This document shows, piece after piece, positions 1 to 10,059 of a stretch of 64,000 nt of DNA; the stretch's first letter is position 1; each line of letters starts with the position of its first letter. A program made the translations under genes and the position numbers. Source of the stretch: Actinobacillus sp. Its GTDB lineage: Bacteria > Pseudomonadota > Gammaproteobacteria > Enterobacterales > Pasteurellaceae. The notes under the pieces were generated by a model. It was given only the letters and a program-made list of their open reading frames with translations. It was not told where the DNA came from and made no database searches. The DNA lies in the NCBI GenBank assembly GCA_020026075.1, contig JAHHQZ010000002.1, positions 12,567 through 76,566 of the forward strand, in the 5' to 3' direction.

Positions 1-219
1 TTTAAAAACAACTGGATTGTTTTTTTCAACTAGAACCCCAATTTTTGCCTTAGGAAATATCAATTTTAGTTGTTTAATATGGGCTGTATGTACTATTGCA
101 TCACCAATAGCATATCCCATCGGACGAATTAAAATAGAGTTAATATTGGATTGGATTGGATTGGGTTGTATTGGATTATAACGTTTCTCCAACAATAAAA
201 TAAATAATTTCTTAAACAT
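1..219 (-). CDS. Glycosyltransferase family 9 (LPS heptosyltransferase-like), 5' part; continues past the window start
   Basis: Reverse translation from the ATG at 217-219 gives MFKKLFILLLEKRYNPIQPNPIQSNINSILIRPMGYAIGDAIVHTAHIKQLKLIFPKAKIGVLVEKNNPVVFK, open to position 1. The ILIRPxGxxGD...LxxxxPxAxIxxLV pattern is typical of GT9 N-termini. An AGGGA SD lies upstream. Confidence 0.5.
   Translation of the reverse strand, partial: MFKKLFILLLEKRYNPIQPNPIQSNINSILIRPMGYAIGDAIVHTAHIKQLKLIFPKAKIGVLVEKNNPVVFK
145..179. repeat. Pentanucleotide simple-sequence repeat, (CCAAT)n on the coding strand
   Basis: ATTGG x4 perfect at 145-164, then GTTGT, ATTGG, ATTAT. It lies in codons about 14-25 of the GT9 ORF and encodes NPIQPNPIQSN. 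Confidence 0.9.
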
Positions 220-235
220 TTTGATTCCCTACATG

Positions 236-263
236 TCTCTCTTCCTAATTTTAGGAAGAGAGA
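236..263 (-). other. Perfect 11-bp-stem hairpin just downstream of cmoA
   Basis: TCTCTCTTCCT (236-246), loop AATTTT, AGGAAGAGAGA (253-263). No T-run follows on the minus strand, so it is not a canonical intrinsic terminator. Confidence 0.4.
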
Positions 264-277
264 TGCTATTATACAAA

Positions 278-1012
<735 letters not shown>

Positions 1013-1051
1013 TCATCAAATAAAAACTCGCTATTGTAAAACAAGCTAGAT

Positions 1052-1403
1052 TTAACCGCCAATATCTTTAAATTTATCCACGAATTTTGACACAATTCCC
1101 AGCACGTGGCTTTTCAGCGTACGATATTTGGAGTTTAGCGGGCTTAGTTTTGGCAAACAATCGTTCAAATCCTGCCCGTTTTCAGTAGTGTAACCACGTT
1201 TCAACGATTGTGAAATGTAGCGCTCACATCCGCATTGAGATTTTCACACTGAATAACTCATTCACTGCCTGCTTTTGCTCTTGACGTGCAAATTGAATAA
1301 AACACTCCGTAATATCGTGCTTATCCTCAAATTCAGTTAAATCTTTTCCTTCAATAAACTCAGCAATTAAATCCCCATTTAGATTAAGGCTTAAAAATCT
1401 TCT
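1052..1403 (-). pseudogene. Two short start-less reading-frame fragments of unidentified genes (decayed two-gene cassette?)
   Basis: Minus-strand frames are open at 1224-1403 (..LNLNGDLIAEFIEGKDLTEFEDKHDITECFIQFARQEQKQAVNELFSVKISMRM*) and 1052-1243 (..ERYISQSLKRGYTTENGQDLNDCLPKLSPLNSKYRTLKSHVLGIVSKFVDKFKDIGG*). Neither has an ATG and the two overlap by about 20 nt. The family was not recognised. Confidence 0.3.
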
Positions 1404-1636
1404 CTAATACCACTTTTTCTAGTATTTCTATTAACATTTTCTGATTAGCTATTTTCAGTTTTTTTCAAAGATAATGATAAGATCATTGGGATCAATATCA
1501 TTATAAATCTTAATTAATTTTCTCAACTTAATTATTTTATTATTTATATCTATTCTTAGAAATAATTGCTCATCAATATTTTCTGATTTTTATATTTCCT
1601 TGAAAGGTAAAAGAAAGTATTTTTATTTTATATTTA

Positions 1637-1900
1637 CTAAACCGTTAGGGTTAAATTCGCAGCACAATTTAGCCAAGTTTTATGAATTTGATCGACATTC
1701 TCCTCGAGTTCAGCTCGCCATTCTGCACTTAAACTCTGAGGCATAATATGTTCAATAGTTAGCATATCTTTAAGCCCTGATCGTCCATCTATCATATCCC
1801 ATAGCGGCGGTGTACCACGAACATTACCATTTTATAAACGTTCTAAAACATATTTACGTTGATTCGATTCAAGTTTATAAACTTCGCATATTTTAGTATA
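1637..1900 (-). pseudogene. Remnant of a GmrSD-like / DUF1524 (HNH-type) protein C-terminus
   Basis: Minus-strand translation gives ..KLESNQRKYVLERL*NGNVRGTPPLWDMIDGRSGLKDMLTIEHIMPQSLSAEWRAELEENVDQIHKTWLNCAANLTLTV*. The IEHIMPQ...NLTL signature is that of DUF1524. There is an in-frame TAA at 1832-1834, the upstream sequence is full of stops, and the stretch is AT-rich. Confidence 0.55.
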
Positions 1901-2030
1901 GGTCTTATAAAGTTCAGAATATTTCTATAAATTCTTAATACATAATCTTTACATAAATTATATTTTCTAAGTAATGTTTAAATTCACAAAATAACTTATC
2001 TTTCTTAAACTTCTTCTCTTCTTTCAATTT

Positions 2031-2060
2031 GTCAAAATTTTATGAAATATTCCGGCCTAG
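2031..2060. repeat. Truncated palindromic intergenic element (centre plus right arm only)
   Basis: GTCAAAATTTTATGAAATATTCCGGCCTAG matches the right two-thirds of the full copies (e.g. 23832-23877). The left arm is missing, and this copy abuts the decayed region. Confidence 0.7.
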
Positions 2061-2068
2061 GTTTATGG

Positions 2069-3457
2069 TTAAAAACCCAGTCTGTCTAGGAATAGGGCGA
2101 GGGCGAGAATATCGGCACTACCACCTGGACTTAAGTTATTTTGAATACAACGTTGGTCAAAATAATGAAGTTCGGTTTTTAATTGGTTTTGGGGGAGTGA
2201 TTGGTTTAATAATTGCTGTGCCTGTTGTTGCACTAGGGTTAAGCCTGCCATTCCGCCACGATGTAATAAATTTGTGTCTGTGTTGTGTGCCATTAAATAC
2301 AGTAGCCAGTAATAGGGCTGTTGGCGTAAGGGAATGTGGGTGAACGTTGGGCGGTGTTGCCATAGTTGGCGTAGTAGCGGAAAGCCTTGTTCAGCTTCGC
2401 CTCGTGCGCCTGTTACGCCGTAGGTTTTAAATAATTTTTCCCCTGCAGTTTTGGGTTCGGTTACCTTGCTTAACTCTGCCGTTACGCCAGCACTGAGGGC
2501 TGCGACGTTTTCGCAAAGTGGTGCAAGTTGTAAGTGAAAAGGCTGGTAATCCTGTTGGGCGATGAGCCGTCCTAAACTGCATAAACACAAGGCGAAAGCA
2601 AAGATCGCCCCTTTGTGCGTATTCACGCCTTTTGTGGCACTGAACATTGCTTTTTCCGCTTGAATGCCGATGAGCCTTAATTGTGGGAAAACCGCACTAG
2701 GCACAGTTTGTGTGGTATTCATTCCCAGTTGCACACATTGGGCGAAAAAAGGCGTTAGCGATTGCGCACTTTTCACCAACAATGCAGCGTCCATATCCTT
2801 ATGTGCCCCTTGACTTTTGGCATCCACTAAACCTGGTTTGGGCGTGAGCATTGCTTCGGCACAAAGGGCTTGGCAAGCTTGATTAGCAAGGTACTCGCTG
2901 TAAATGTCTTGCTGAACCAATTTTTGCAAGGCTGCCATTAAATCAGCCATTGAATGACTACGCTGGCGTGCGCAAATTTTGGCATTTTCGGGACAAATTA
3001 AGCATTGGCGTGGGGCGACACCTAAATCCGCACGGCTAATGGGCTTGCCGTTGCGATCAATCACGTCCATATCCCAAAGACGTGCGAGCGGCGTGGTGCT
3101 TTCAAGGGCAATGCAAAGTTGCTTTAATTGCAGGGCCGGAATATTTACGGAAAAAATAGCTTCATTGCCTGTATTTGCTCGGGTGATTTTTTGCTCGGTT
3201 GGCGTGATATTTTCCGCTTTAAATCGCCTTTCAAGCGCCTTTAATGCCTGTTTAAACACGTAATCCAGCAAAGCGTTGCGTTTCACGCCGCCCATTGCGT
3301 TGATGGTCAACGACAGCACGGGCTGCTGGTATGTTTCAAGCAAACTTTTTTGGTGGATCGCTCGTTGATCACGAGCATTGAGTAAATCCAACAAAGAAAC
3401 ATCGCTCCCTTGTAGCGATGTTTCTTGTGCGAGGACGGGTTGTAAATCCTTTAACAT
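2069..3457 (-). CDS. citXG: Bifunctional CitX/CitG (holo-citrate lyase synthase plus triphosphoribosyl-dephospho-CoA synthase)
   Basis: 462 aa, last gene of the cit lyase operon. The size and position fit the fused CitXG seen in Pasteurellaceae, and the C-terminal half is CitG-like (..GARGEAEQGFP..). Confidence 0.8.
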   Translation of the reverse strand: MLKDLQPVLAQETSLQGSDVSLLDLLNARDQRAIHQKSLLETYQQPVLSLTINAMGGVKRNALLDYVFKQALKALERRFKAENITPTEQKITRANTGNEAIFSVNIPALQLKQLCIALESTTPLARLWDMDVIDRNGKPISRADLGVAPRQCLICPENAKICARQRSHSMADLMAALQKLVQQDIYSEYLANQACQALCAEAMLTPKPGLVDAKSQGAHKDMDAALLVKSAQSLTPFFAQCVQLGMNTTQTVPSAVFPQLRLIGIQAEKAMFSATKGVNTHKGAIFAFALCLCSLGRLIAQQDYQPFHLQLAPLCENVAALSAGVTAELSKVTEPKTAGEKLFKTYGVTGARGEAEQGFPLLRQLWQHRPTFTHIPLRQQPYYWLLYLMAHNTDTNLLHRGGMAGLTLVQQQAQQLLNQSLPQNQLKTELHYFDQRCIQNNLSPGGSADILALALFLDRLGF

Positions 3458-3458
3458 T

Positions 3459-4970
3459 TTATTCTTTGATTTGGTAAACCATGTCGATCACCGAACCATC
3501 ACGATAACGTACCACTGCCACTGGTTTGTCTGTAAATTCAATGGCTTGCGGTTTGCCTGTAATGCTGTAAGCGAGCTGGCAAAGTTCATCAATGCTACTT
3601 AAAGCAATGCCTGCTTGGGTGAGTTTTCCGATTAAATCTGGGCGTTTTGGGTTTACCGCAACACCGTGATCGGTAACCAGAATGTCAATGTTTTCACCTG
3701 GTGTTACGCAGGTCAACACATTTTCCACGACGGTTGGAATGCGTCCACGCACGAGCGGCGCCACAATAATCGCCACTTGCGCACTGGCGGCGGTATCACA
3801 GTGTCCGCCTGACGCACCACGAATCACGCCGTCTGATCCTGTTAATACGTTGACGTTAAATTGCGTGTCAATTTCTAACGCACTCAACACTACGACATCC
3901 AATCCGTCTACGGATGCCCCTTTGGAGCTACAGTTGGCGTATTGGTTGGCACTGATTTCAATGTGGTTTGGATTGCGAGCGAGAGATTGCGCAGCGTCTT
4001 TGTCAAAGCTTTGTACATCGAGTAATTTTTTAATTAATCCAGCCTCGTGTAATTTCACCATTGTGGCGGTGATGCCGCCTAAGGCGAAGTCGGCTTGAAT
4101 GTTGTCTTTACGCATTTTGTGTTCAAGAAAACGAGTAACCGCCAGCGCTGCACCGCCTGACCCCGTTTGCAAGGAAAAGCCGTCTTTAAAATAGCCAGTG
4201 TTGAAAATCACATCCGCTGCTTTGCGAGCGATGAGCAATTCTCGTGGATTTTTCGTAATGCGAGTAGCACCGCCGCCGATTTTTTTCGGATCACCCACTT
4301 CGTCTACTTTGACAATGCAATCCACTTGGTCTTGGCAAATGCTCGCTGGGTTGTGTGGATAAGGCTGGATTTCTTCGGTGAGTAAAACGACTTTCTTCGC
4401 CGCATCCGCATCTACTCGGGCATAGCCCAAAGAACCGCACTGACTTTTTCCTGAATAGCCGTTGGCGTTACCAAATTCATCGCAGGCTGGCACGCCTAAA
4501 AATGCCACGTCAATGTTGATTTCACCTGACTTCACTAAATGCACACGTCCGCCGTGAGAGTGAATGTTCACGGGTTCTGGCAACAAGCCACGAGAAATGG
4601 CCTCAGCGAGTTCGCCACGAATGCCTGAGGTGTAAATTTTGCTGACGACGCCATTTTTAATGTGTTCGATGAGCGGAAAATGGCTGTCGATTAACGAGCT
4701 GGACGCAAGGGTTAAATTGCGAAAGCCCATTTCAGCAATTTTTGCCATAACTTGGTTTAGCACTTTGTCGCCGCCACGAAATGCGTGGTGAAATGAAATG
4801 GTCATTCCGTCTTTTAGCCCTGAGCGTTTGATTGCCTCTTCGAGGGAGTCGCAAATTTTGCGATCCAAACGGCTTGCGTTTAAAGACGAGGCTTTAGGTA
4901 CTGGCTCGTAAGCACGTAGGTCGGAATTTTTTTCTAAAATTTGTTGAATGCGTTGTTCACGTGATTTCAT
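3459..4970 (-). CDS. citF: Citrate lyase alpha subunit (citrate CoA-transferase)
   Basis: 503 aa. Operon context citC-D-E-F plus strong CitF-like sequence along the whole length. Confidence 0.9.
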   Translation of the reverse strand: MKSREQRIQQILEKNSDLRAYEPVPKASSLNASRLDRKICDSLEEAIKRSGLKDGMTISFHHAFRGGDKVLNQVMAKIAEMGFRNLTLASSSLIDSHFPLIEHIKNGVVSKIYTSGIRGELAEAISRGLLPEPVNIHSHGGRVHLVKSGEINIDVAFLGVPACDEFGNANGYSGKSQCGSLGYARVDADAAKKVVLLTEEIQPYPHNPASICQDQVDCIVKVDEVGDPKKIGGGATRITKNPRELLIARKAADVIFNTGYFKDGFSLQTGSGGAALAVTRFLEHKMRKDNIQADFALGGITATMVKLHEAGLIKKLLDVQSFDKDAAQSLARNPNHIEISANQYANCSSKGASVDGLDVVVLSALEIDTQFNVNVLTGSDGVIRGASGGHCDTAASAQVAIIVAPLVRGRIPTVVENVLTCVTPGENIDILVTDHGVAVNPKRPDLIGKLTQAGIALSSIDELCQLAYSITGKPQAIEFTDKPVAVVRYRDGSVIDMVYQIKE

Positions 4971-4982
4971 TTTGCTTACTCC

Positions 4983-5879
4983 CTATTCATCACGAATGCC
5001 TGATTTCGCACGTTCTAACACGAGTTTGGCACGTTCGATAATCGGTGAATCAATCATTTTGCCGTTAAGCGATGCAACGCCTGATCCTGCGGCTTCCGCT
5101 TCACGAGCGGCGTTGATAATTTGCTCGGCTTTCGCCACTTCTTGGGCGGTTGGGGCGAATAAATTATGCACCAACTCAATTTGGCGAGGATTGATTAAGG
5201 ATTTGCCGTCAAAGCCAAGCTGTTTAATTAAACTCGCCTCACGCAAGAACCCTTCTTCGTTGTTCACATCGGAGTAAACCGTGTCAAAGGCTTGTAAACC
5301 AGCAGCACGTGCGGCTTGTAGAATGGCGCAACGTGCGTAAAGCAATTCAATGCCCTCTGGCGAGCGTTCGGTTTTTAAATTGCGAACGTAATCTTCTGCG
5401 CCTAAGGCAATGCCAATTAAACGTGGCGATGCGATTGCGATGGCGTTCACTTGGGTGATGCCTAATGGCGATTCAATCGCTGCGAGCAATTTTGTGCTAC
5501 CGATGGCTCGACCGCAGGCTTTTTCAATGGCGGTGATGGCCTCGTCCATTGCAATCACGTCATCGGCAGTGTCCGTTTTCGGCATACGCACTACGTCCAC
5601 GCCAGCACGCACAACGGCGTTGAGATCCAACTCGCCAAATTGAGAATCCAACGGGTTCACACGCACCACTCGTTCAATGCCATATTTTTTATACAATGGC
5701 TGCTGCAAAGCGTGTGCCACCAGCAAACGGGCGCTGTCTTTTTCTTTCAAAGCGACAGAATCTTCCAAATCAAACATAATGGCATCAGGTTTGTAAATAA
5801 AACTGTTGCTCAACATTGCGGCGTTGGAACCCGGTACAAACAACATACTGCGGCGAAGTTTCATAGTAATTTCTCCCAT
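4983..5879 (-). CDS. citE: Citrate lyase beta subunit (citryl-CoA lyase)
   Basis: Contains [34 protein letters not shown], the HpcH/CitE signature. The true start may be the internal MKLRR at 5864. Confidence 0.9.
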   Translation of the reverse strand: MGEITMKLRRSMLFVPGSNAAMLSNSFIYKPDAIMFDLEDSVALKEKDSARLLVAHALQQPLYKKYGIERVVRVNPLDSQFGELDLNAVVRAGVDVVRMPKTDTADDVIAMDEAITAIEKACGRAIGSTKLLAAIESPLGITQVNAIAIASPRLIGIALGAEDYVRNLKTERSPEGIELLYARCAILQAARAAGLQAFDTVYSDVNNEEGFLREASLIKQLGFDGKSLINPRQIELVHNLFAPTAQEVAKAEQIINAAREAEAAGSGVASLNGKMIDSPIIERAKLVLERAKSGIRDE

Positions 5880-6148
5880 TCTGGTTGTTCATCACTGGCT
5901 CGGAGCAAGGCGGCTTGCAAACGTGCTTCCAGCACGCAATCCAATGCGCCTTTGTCTTCTACGATCACTTGGCAATCTTGCACATTTAAGCGATCCAACA
6001 CTCGAATCACGGTGTCGTAAATCGCTTGCCCAAATTGCTTGCCTACGGAACTGTTGATTTCAATATCACGTCCGCTCGCAGGGGCGACTCGGATCATCGT
6101 ATCGCTTGATTCGAGTGTTCCTGCCATTGCCACTTGGCTAATTTTCAT
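5861..6148 (-). CDS. citD: Citrate lyase acyl carrier protein (gamma subunit)
   Basis: 95 aa; [23 protein letters not shown] matches the CitD N-terminus, including the prosthetic-group Ser. Confidence 0.9.
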   Translation of the reverse strand: MKISQVAMAGTLESSDTMIRVAPASGRDIEINSSVGKQFGQAIYDTVIRVLDRLNVQDCQVIVEDKGALDCVLEARLQAALLRASDEQPEWEKLL

Positions 6149-7205
6149 CGGTTACTCCTTGTTCAGGTTTAAAAAATGGATAAATTTTTTGCAAATATTC
6201 CAGCGTAGACAACGGCACATTTTCCGCCACGATTTGCCAATCTTTTTCCGCTAAGGCCTTGCGTACCTTAGAGGCAGAAATAGCTTGTCCATTGGACGTT
6301 TGACGTGGAATTTCCACCACACTCAGGGCGGAATGTGCATCAGCTTGCGATAAAATAGCGTGCATTTTTTTATTGTAGTCCACCGTTAAATCACAATGAG
6401 GTTCCGTTCCCACAAAACGCACGCCGATACCGAGCGCTGGGGCGATATGTTCACGGAAAATGCTTAAATCAATCTCCGCCAAACAGGCCTCTTTCACGCC
6501 CTGCTCTTTCAAAAAATAACTTGGGAATGTGGCACGAGAAATTAAATAATCACTGCCCTCGTGCAACGTAATCTGCTGACTTAAATCCGCCACGCCTGCT
6601 TGCACCATCGCCAAACGATCGTGATACGAAAATTGTGAGCAATCCTCGCCCACCACAAACAAATGCAAATGATCACAGCGTTGCAACGCTTGTTCCACCA
6701 AATAACGATGTCCCAAAGTGAACGGGTTCGCATTCATCACAATCGCCCCAATGCGTTGCATTTGCGGAAATTTTTGCTGCAACATTTCACGTTGCTGCTG
6801 CCATTTTTCACATTGTTTCGCAAGGCGGGTGCGGCTATTTTCCAGCAACACCATATATGGCAAGGCGCTGGCGATTAAATAAAAACCGCAAGATTGGAAT
6901 AATTTTTGATATTCAGGCTTGGTGTAAACGAAAAGATGGGGGCGGTTTAATTGATACGCTTGCTCAGTCAATGTGGTAATCAGCGACAGTGCAACACCGC
7001 TGCCACGCAGGCTTTCGTCAATGGCCACGCATTTAATCACATTGCCGTGCAAACCACCGCAAGCAACGAGTGTTTCATCGGCATAAACCAGTGCAATGTA
7101 CTCCAAGTGGGGATCGAGCGTGAGATCATTTTTTTGTAAAAATTCGGTAAGTTTTATGCGGGATATTAACGTTAAACTTACATATTGAACACATTCAATT
7201 AACAT
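6138..7205 (-). CDS. citC: [Citrate (pro-3S)-lyase] ligase
   Basis: 355 aa, first gene of the operon. Has a nucleotidyltransferase motif ([14 protein letters not shown]). The last ~20 codons are encoded by a half copy of the palindromic element. Confidence 0.85.
   Translation of the reverse strand: MLIECVQYVSLTLISRIKLTEFLQKNDLTLDPHLEYIALVYADETLVACGGLHGNVIKCVAIDESLRGSGVALSLITTLTEQAYQLNRPHLFVYTKPEYQKLFQSCGFYLIASALPYMVLLENSRTRLAKQCEKWQQQREMLQQKFPQMQRIGAIVMNANPFTLGHRYLVEQALQRCDHLHLFVVGEDCSQFSYHDRLAMVQAGVADLSQQITLHEGSDYLISRATFPSYFLKEQGVKEACLAEIDLSIFREHIAPALGIGVRFVGTEPHCDLTVDYNKKMHAILSQADAHSALSVVEIPRQTSNGQAISASKVRKALAEKDWQIVAENVPLSTLEYLQKIYPFFKPEQGVTDEN
6185..6208. repeat. Half palindromic element inside the citC 3' end
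   Basis: TTTTTTGCAAATATTCCAGCGTAG; translated on the minus strand as ..TLEYLQKI.. Confidence 0.6.
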
Positions 7206-7301
7206 AAATTAGTTTTTATTTTAAAAATCAGAAAGAATAATGCGTATTTTACACTTTCTGCACTTGAATAAAATAAATAATTTAAGAAAATACACCTATG
7301 T

Positions 7302-7315
7302 TTGATTATTATCAA
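7302..7315. promoter_or_regulatory. Perfect FNR-type box TTGAT-N4-ATCAA in the citC/citT divergent region
   Basis: TTGATTATTATCAA lies in the 166-bp divergent intergenic region, 57 bp upstream of the citT ATG. Citrate fermentation genes are typically induced anaerobically. Confidence 0.5.
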
Positions 7316-7371
7316 ATGAAAATTCCATTGATAAATCACAGTGATTTCATTTTTTTTATAAGGAAAATCTT

Positions 7372-8838
7372 ATGCAGTCCAAAAAACTTTTGCAGTATAT
7401 TTTCATACTTGCACTTCCTATTTTAACCTTCATTATTCCGGCCCCTGCTGGTCTTTCCGCCATTGGCTGGCATTTAATTGGCATTTATGTGGCGGCAATC
7501 ATCGCCATTATTTGTAAACCTTTACCAACCCCCGTGATTTTACTCTCGGCGGTGGTGATTTCTGCGATTGTGATCGCCAACACCCCAGCGGAAGTGGTCA
7601 ATGGCACCAAAATTGCTTTGAAACAAACCGTCGTTTTAGATGGCTATAAATCCAGCACAACGTGGCTGGTATTCGCTGCGTTTACGCTCAGTACCGCCTT
7701 TGTGATCACAGGTTTGGGCAAACGCATTGCTTATAAAATGATCGGCGCTTTCGGTAGCACTTCTTTACGTTTGGGCTATGTGGGGGCATTCTTAGATTTA
7801 CTCATTTCACCAGCAATGCCGTCTGTAACTGCACGTGGCGCTGGCATTATGCTCCCAATTATGAACTCCATCGCTGTATCGCTTGGTTCAGAGCCTGATG
7901 GCAAAAGTGCGAATAAAATCGGTAGCTACTTAATGGCAAACACCTATATGGTCGTAAAAACCACTGGCTACATCACCTTTACCGCAATGGCGACCAACGC
8001 CTTAACCTTAGGTCTAATGGAACCTATTCTGCACTTAAAATTAACTTGGATGGAATGGTTCTTAGCAATGTCCGTACCAGGTTTACTGGCGTTATTCCTC
8101 ACGCCAATTTTTGTTTACTGGTTGAACAAACCTGAACTGAAAAAAATCGACAACAAAGCCATCGCCAAACAAGGCTTAGAAGAAATGGGACCGATGAGTT
8201 ATGCAGAAAAAGGCTTGCTCGTTACATTTATTCTTGCGGTATTATGCTGGATGTTCTCTGATGTATTACACCTAAGTGCTGCCACTGTTGCTATTGCAAT
8301 TATGCCTATACTTGTCATTGCTAAAGTGATCTCTTGGGACGATATTTTGAACAAAAAAGGCGCTTGGAACATCTTCATTTGGTATGGTGGTTTACTCGGT
8401 CTCGCCTCTGCCCTAAAAGGCGCAGGATTCTTCACTTGGCTTGCCAGCGTAATGGAACAATTAGTAGGCAACAATACCGGCAACGCCACCACCATTACGA
8501 TGCTCATTCTTTTATTAAGCGTTGCGGTACGCTACTTCTTCGCCTCTGGCGGTGCTTATGTTGCATCAATGATCCCAGTGTTCGCCGCCGTCGGTATGGC
8601 AGCAGGCGCTAGCCCTGTGCTTTTAGGTCTTGGCTTGCTTGCAACCAACAGTTTCGGCGGAATGGTAACCCACTACGGCTCAGGTCCTGCGGCACCAATT
8701 TTCGGTACAGGCTACAACAGCATTAAAAGCTGGTGGCTAACTGGCGGTATTCTTGCCTTAATCTCGCTTGTGATCATCTGCACTGTTGGCTTCGGTTGGT
8801 GGCATATGCTCACAAGCTTAGGGTTCTTACGAGCTTAA
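7372..8838 (+). CDS. citT: Citrate/succinate antiporter (DASS family)
   Basis: 488 aa polytopic membrane protein, divergent from the citrate lyase operon. The size and sequence are CitT-like. Confidence 0.8.
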   Translation: MQSKKLLQYIFILALPILTFIIPAPAGLSAIGWHLIGIYVAAIIAIICKPLPTPVILLSAVVISAIVIANTPAEVVNGTKIALKQTVVLDGYKSSTTWLVFAAFTLSTAFVITGLGKRIAYKMIGAFGSTSLRLGYVGAFLDLLISPAMPSVTARGAGIMLPIMNSIAVSLGSEPDGKSANKIGSYLMANTYMVVKTTGYITFTAMATNALTLGLMEPILHLKLTWMEWFLAMSVPGLLALFLTPIFVYWLNKPELKKIDNKAIAKQGLEEMGPMSYAEKGLLVTFILAVLCWMFSDVLHLSAATVAIAIMPILVIAKVISWDDILNKKGAWNIFIWYGGLLGLASALKGAGFFTWLASVMEQLVGNNTGNATTITMLILLLSVAVRYFFASGGAYVASMIPVFAAVGMAAGASPVLLGLGLLATNSFGGMVTHYGSGPAAPIFGTGYNSIKSWWLTGGILALISLVIICTVGFGWWHMLTSLGFLRA

Positions 8839-8846
8839 TCCCCCAA

Positions 8847-8892
8847 CCTACGCTGGAATTTTTTGCAAAATTTTGACAAATATTCCAGCCTA
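8847..8892. repeat. Palindromic intergenic element, long form
   Basis: CTACGCTGGAAT-TTTTTGCAAAATTTTGACAAAT-ATTCCAGCCTAG; the arms are reverse complements of each other. Confidence 0.85.
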
Positions 8893-8908
8893 GGTTTCCA
8901 AACAAAAT

Positions 8909-8938
8909 GCCCACGTTTTTACACGTGGGCGTTTTTTA
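8909..8938. terminator. Bidirectional rho-independent terminator between convergent citT and nudB
   Basis: GCCCACGT-loop-ACGTGGGC, followed by GTTTTTTATT on the plus strand and a T-rich run on the minus strand. Confidence 0.6.
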
Positions 8939-9373
8939 TTCAGGAATAAATTCCAAAATCGCCGCCGCATTATTCCACGATTTCGTCAAAGCCGCCGCTT
9001 GTTTTGGTGGGAGCCATTGAAAGGCGGTGTGTTCGGTGAGTTTTGGGGTAATGGTACAAGGCAAGGCGAGCAAAAACCAATGCTCCGTGCCAGTTTTTAC
9101 ATTGGGGGCATAGCGATGACGAAACTGCGGAAAAATATCAAACGCCACGCACTTTTGGCAATCCACGATGGTTAAATGTTCAGCAACGATGTCTACGCCG
9201 ATTTCTTCGTGCACTTCCCTCGCCGCCGCCATTGCAGGCGTTTCCCCCTGCTCCAACGAACCAGTCACAGACTGCCAAAAGGTTGCATCATCGTTGCGTT
9301 GCAACAACAGCACGTGGTTTGTTTGTTCATCATAAATCACCACGAGAACGGTGTGTGGTTTTTTGTATCGCAT
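8936..9373 (-). CDS. nudB: Dihydroneopterin triphosphate diphosphatase (Nudix)
   Basis: MRYKKPHTVLVVIYDEQTNHVLLLQRNDDATFWQSVTGSLEQGETPAMAAAREVHEEIG aligns closely with E. coli NudB. I take the start at 9373 (AAGGAA SD), because the longer tracked ORF (to 9457) runs into the CRISPR repeats. Confidence 0.85.
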   Translation of the reverse strand: MRYKKPHTVLVVIYDEQTNHVLLLQRNDDATFWQSVTGSLEQGETPAMAAAREVHEEIGVDIVAEHLTIVDCQKCVAFDIFPQFRHRYAPNVKTGTEHWFLLALPCTITPKLTEHTAFQWLPPKQAAALTKSWNNAAAILEFIPE

Positions 9374-9405
9374 TGTTTTCCTTAAATAAAATACCAGAGC
9401 TTTTC

Positions 9406-9878
9406 GTATTAATCCCTTTGGAACAGGGCGGTTCGTTTGAACGGTACAATTCCACAAGGGGAACTATACAACGTGGGTCTCAATCCCTTTGGTACAGGGC
9501 GGTTCGTTTGAACGGGCTAAAACATTTAGATTTCACGAAAGTAACGTAAGTCTCAATCCCTTTGGAACAGGGCGGTTCGTTTGAACACTAGTGGCATCGG
9601 CTACTTGAACGATATTCGTATGTCTCAATCCCTTTGGTACAGGGCAGTTCGTTTGAACTTCCAAACTCATTCCAAGTACCTAACGCAATCATGTCTCAAT
9701 CCCTTTGGAACAGGGCGGTTCGTTTGAACACGCACTTGAAACTTCCGATAAAAACAATCCATTAACACGTCTCAATCCCTTTGGAACAGGGCGGTTCGTT
9801 TGAACTACGGACAGCGTAGGGATGTAGATATTCAATGTCTAGTCTCAATCCCTTTGGAACAGGGCGGTTCGTTTGAAC
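9406..9878 (-). CRISPR. CRISPR array, 7 repeats of 37 nt and 6 spacers of 34-39 nt
   Basis: Repeats lie at 9406, 9477, 9550, 9622, 9693, 9769 and 9842 (each 37 nt). The plus-strand consensus is GTCTCAATCCCTTTGGAACAGGGCGGTTCGTTTGAAC. On the minus strand it ends in ATTGAGAC, a typical 8-nt crRNA 5'-tag source. The repeat at 9406 is degenerate (2 mismatches), those at 9477 and 9622 carry point variants, and the cas-proximal repeats are consensus. Confidence 0.95.
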
Positions 9879-10059
9879 AGCTTGGGGCTGAAATCGCTTG
9901 ATGAGCTTAGGCTGGCGAGTGCCAATGCCAATAAATGCTTTCGCTGAAAACGGGAGCGTCTTTTTAGTTTAAAAAACATTCGTTTGTTTACTTCTGTTTA
10001 ACATTATCTTAACAATTCACGCCATTAATGCGGTTCAAAACGGTGCGCATTATAAAATA
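9879..10059 (-). promoter_or_regulatory. Putative CRISPR leader
   Basis: 181 nt non-coding stretch between the cas2 stop and the consensus-quality first repeat. The degenerate repeat is at the opposite end of the array. Confidence 0.6.

Noticed and set aside
236-263. 11-bp perfect hairpin downstream of cmoA as an intrinsic terminator
   Set aside because: No U-tract follows on the transcribed (minus) strand, and the GT9 gene SD and ATG follow immediately. It may be an mRNA-stabilising or processing structure instead, so I reported it only as a hairpin.
9374-9457. N-terminal extension of the nudB ORF in the supplied track
   Set aside because: The extension is encoded by the terminal CRISPR repeat and spacer. 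The NudB homology, and an SD, begin at the internal Met at 9373.
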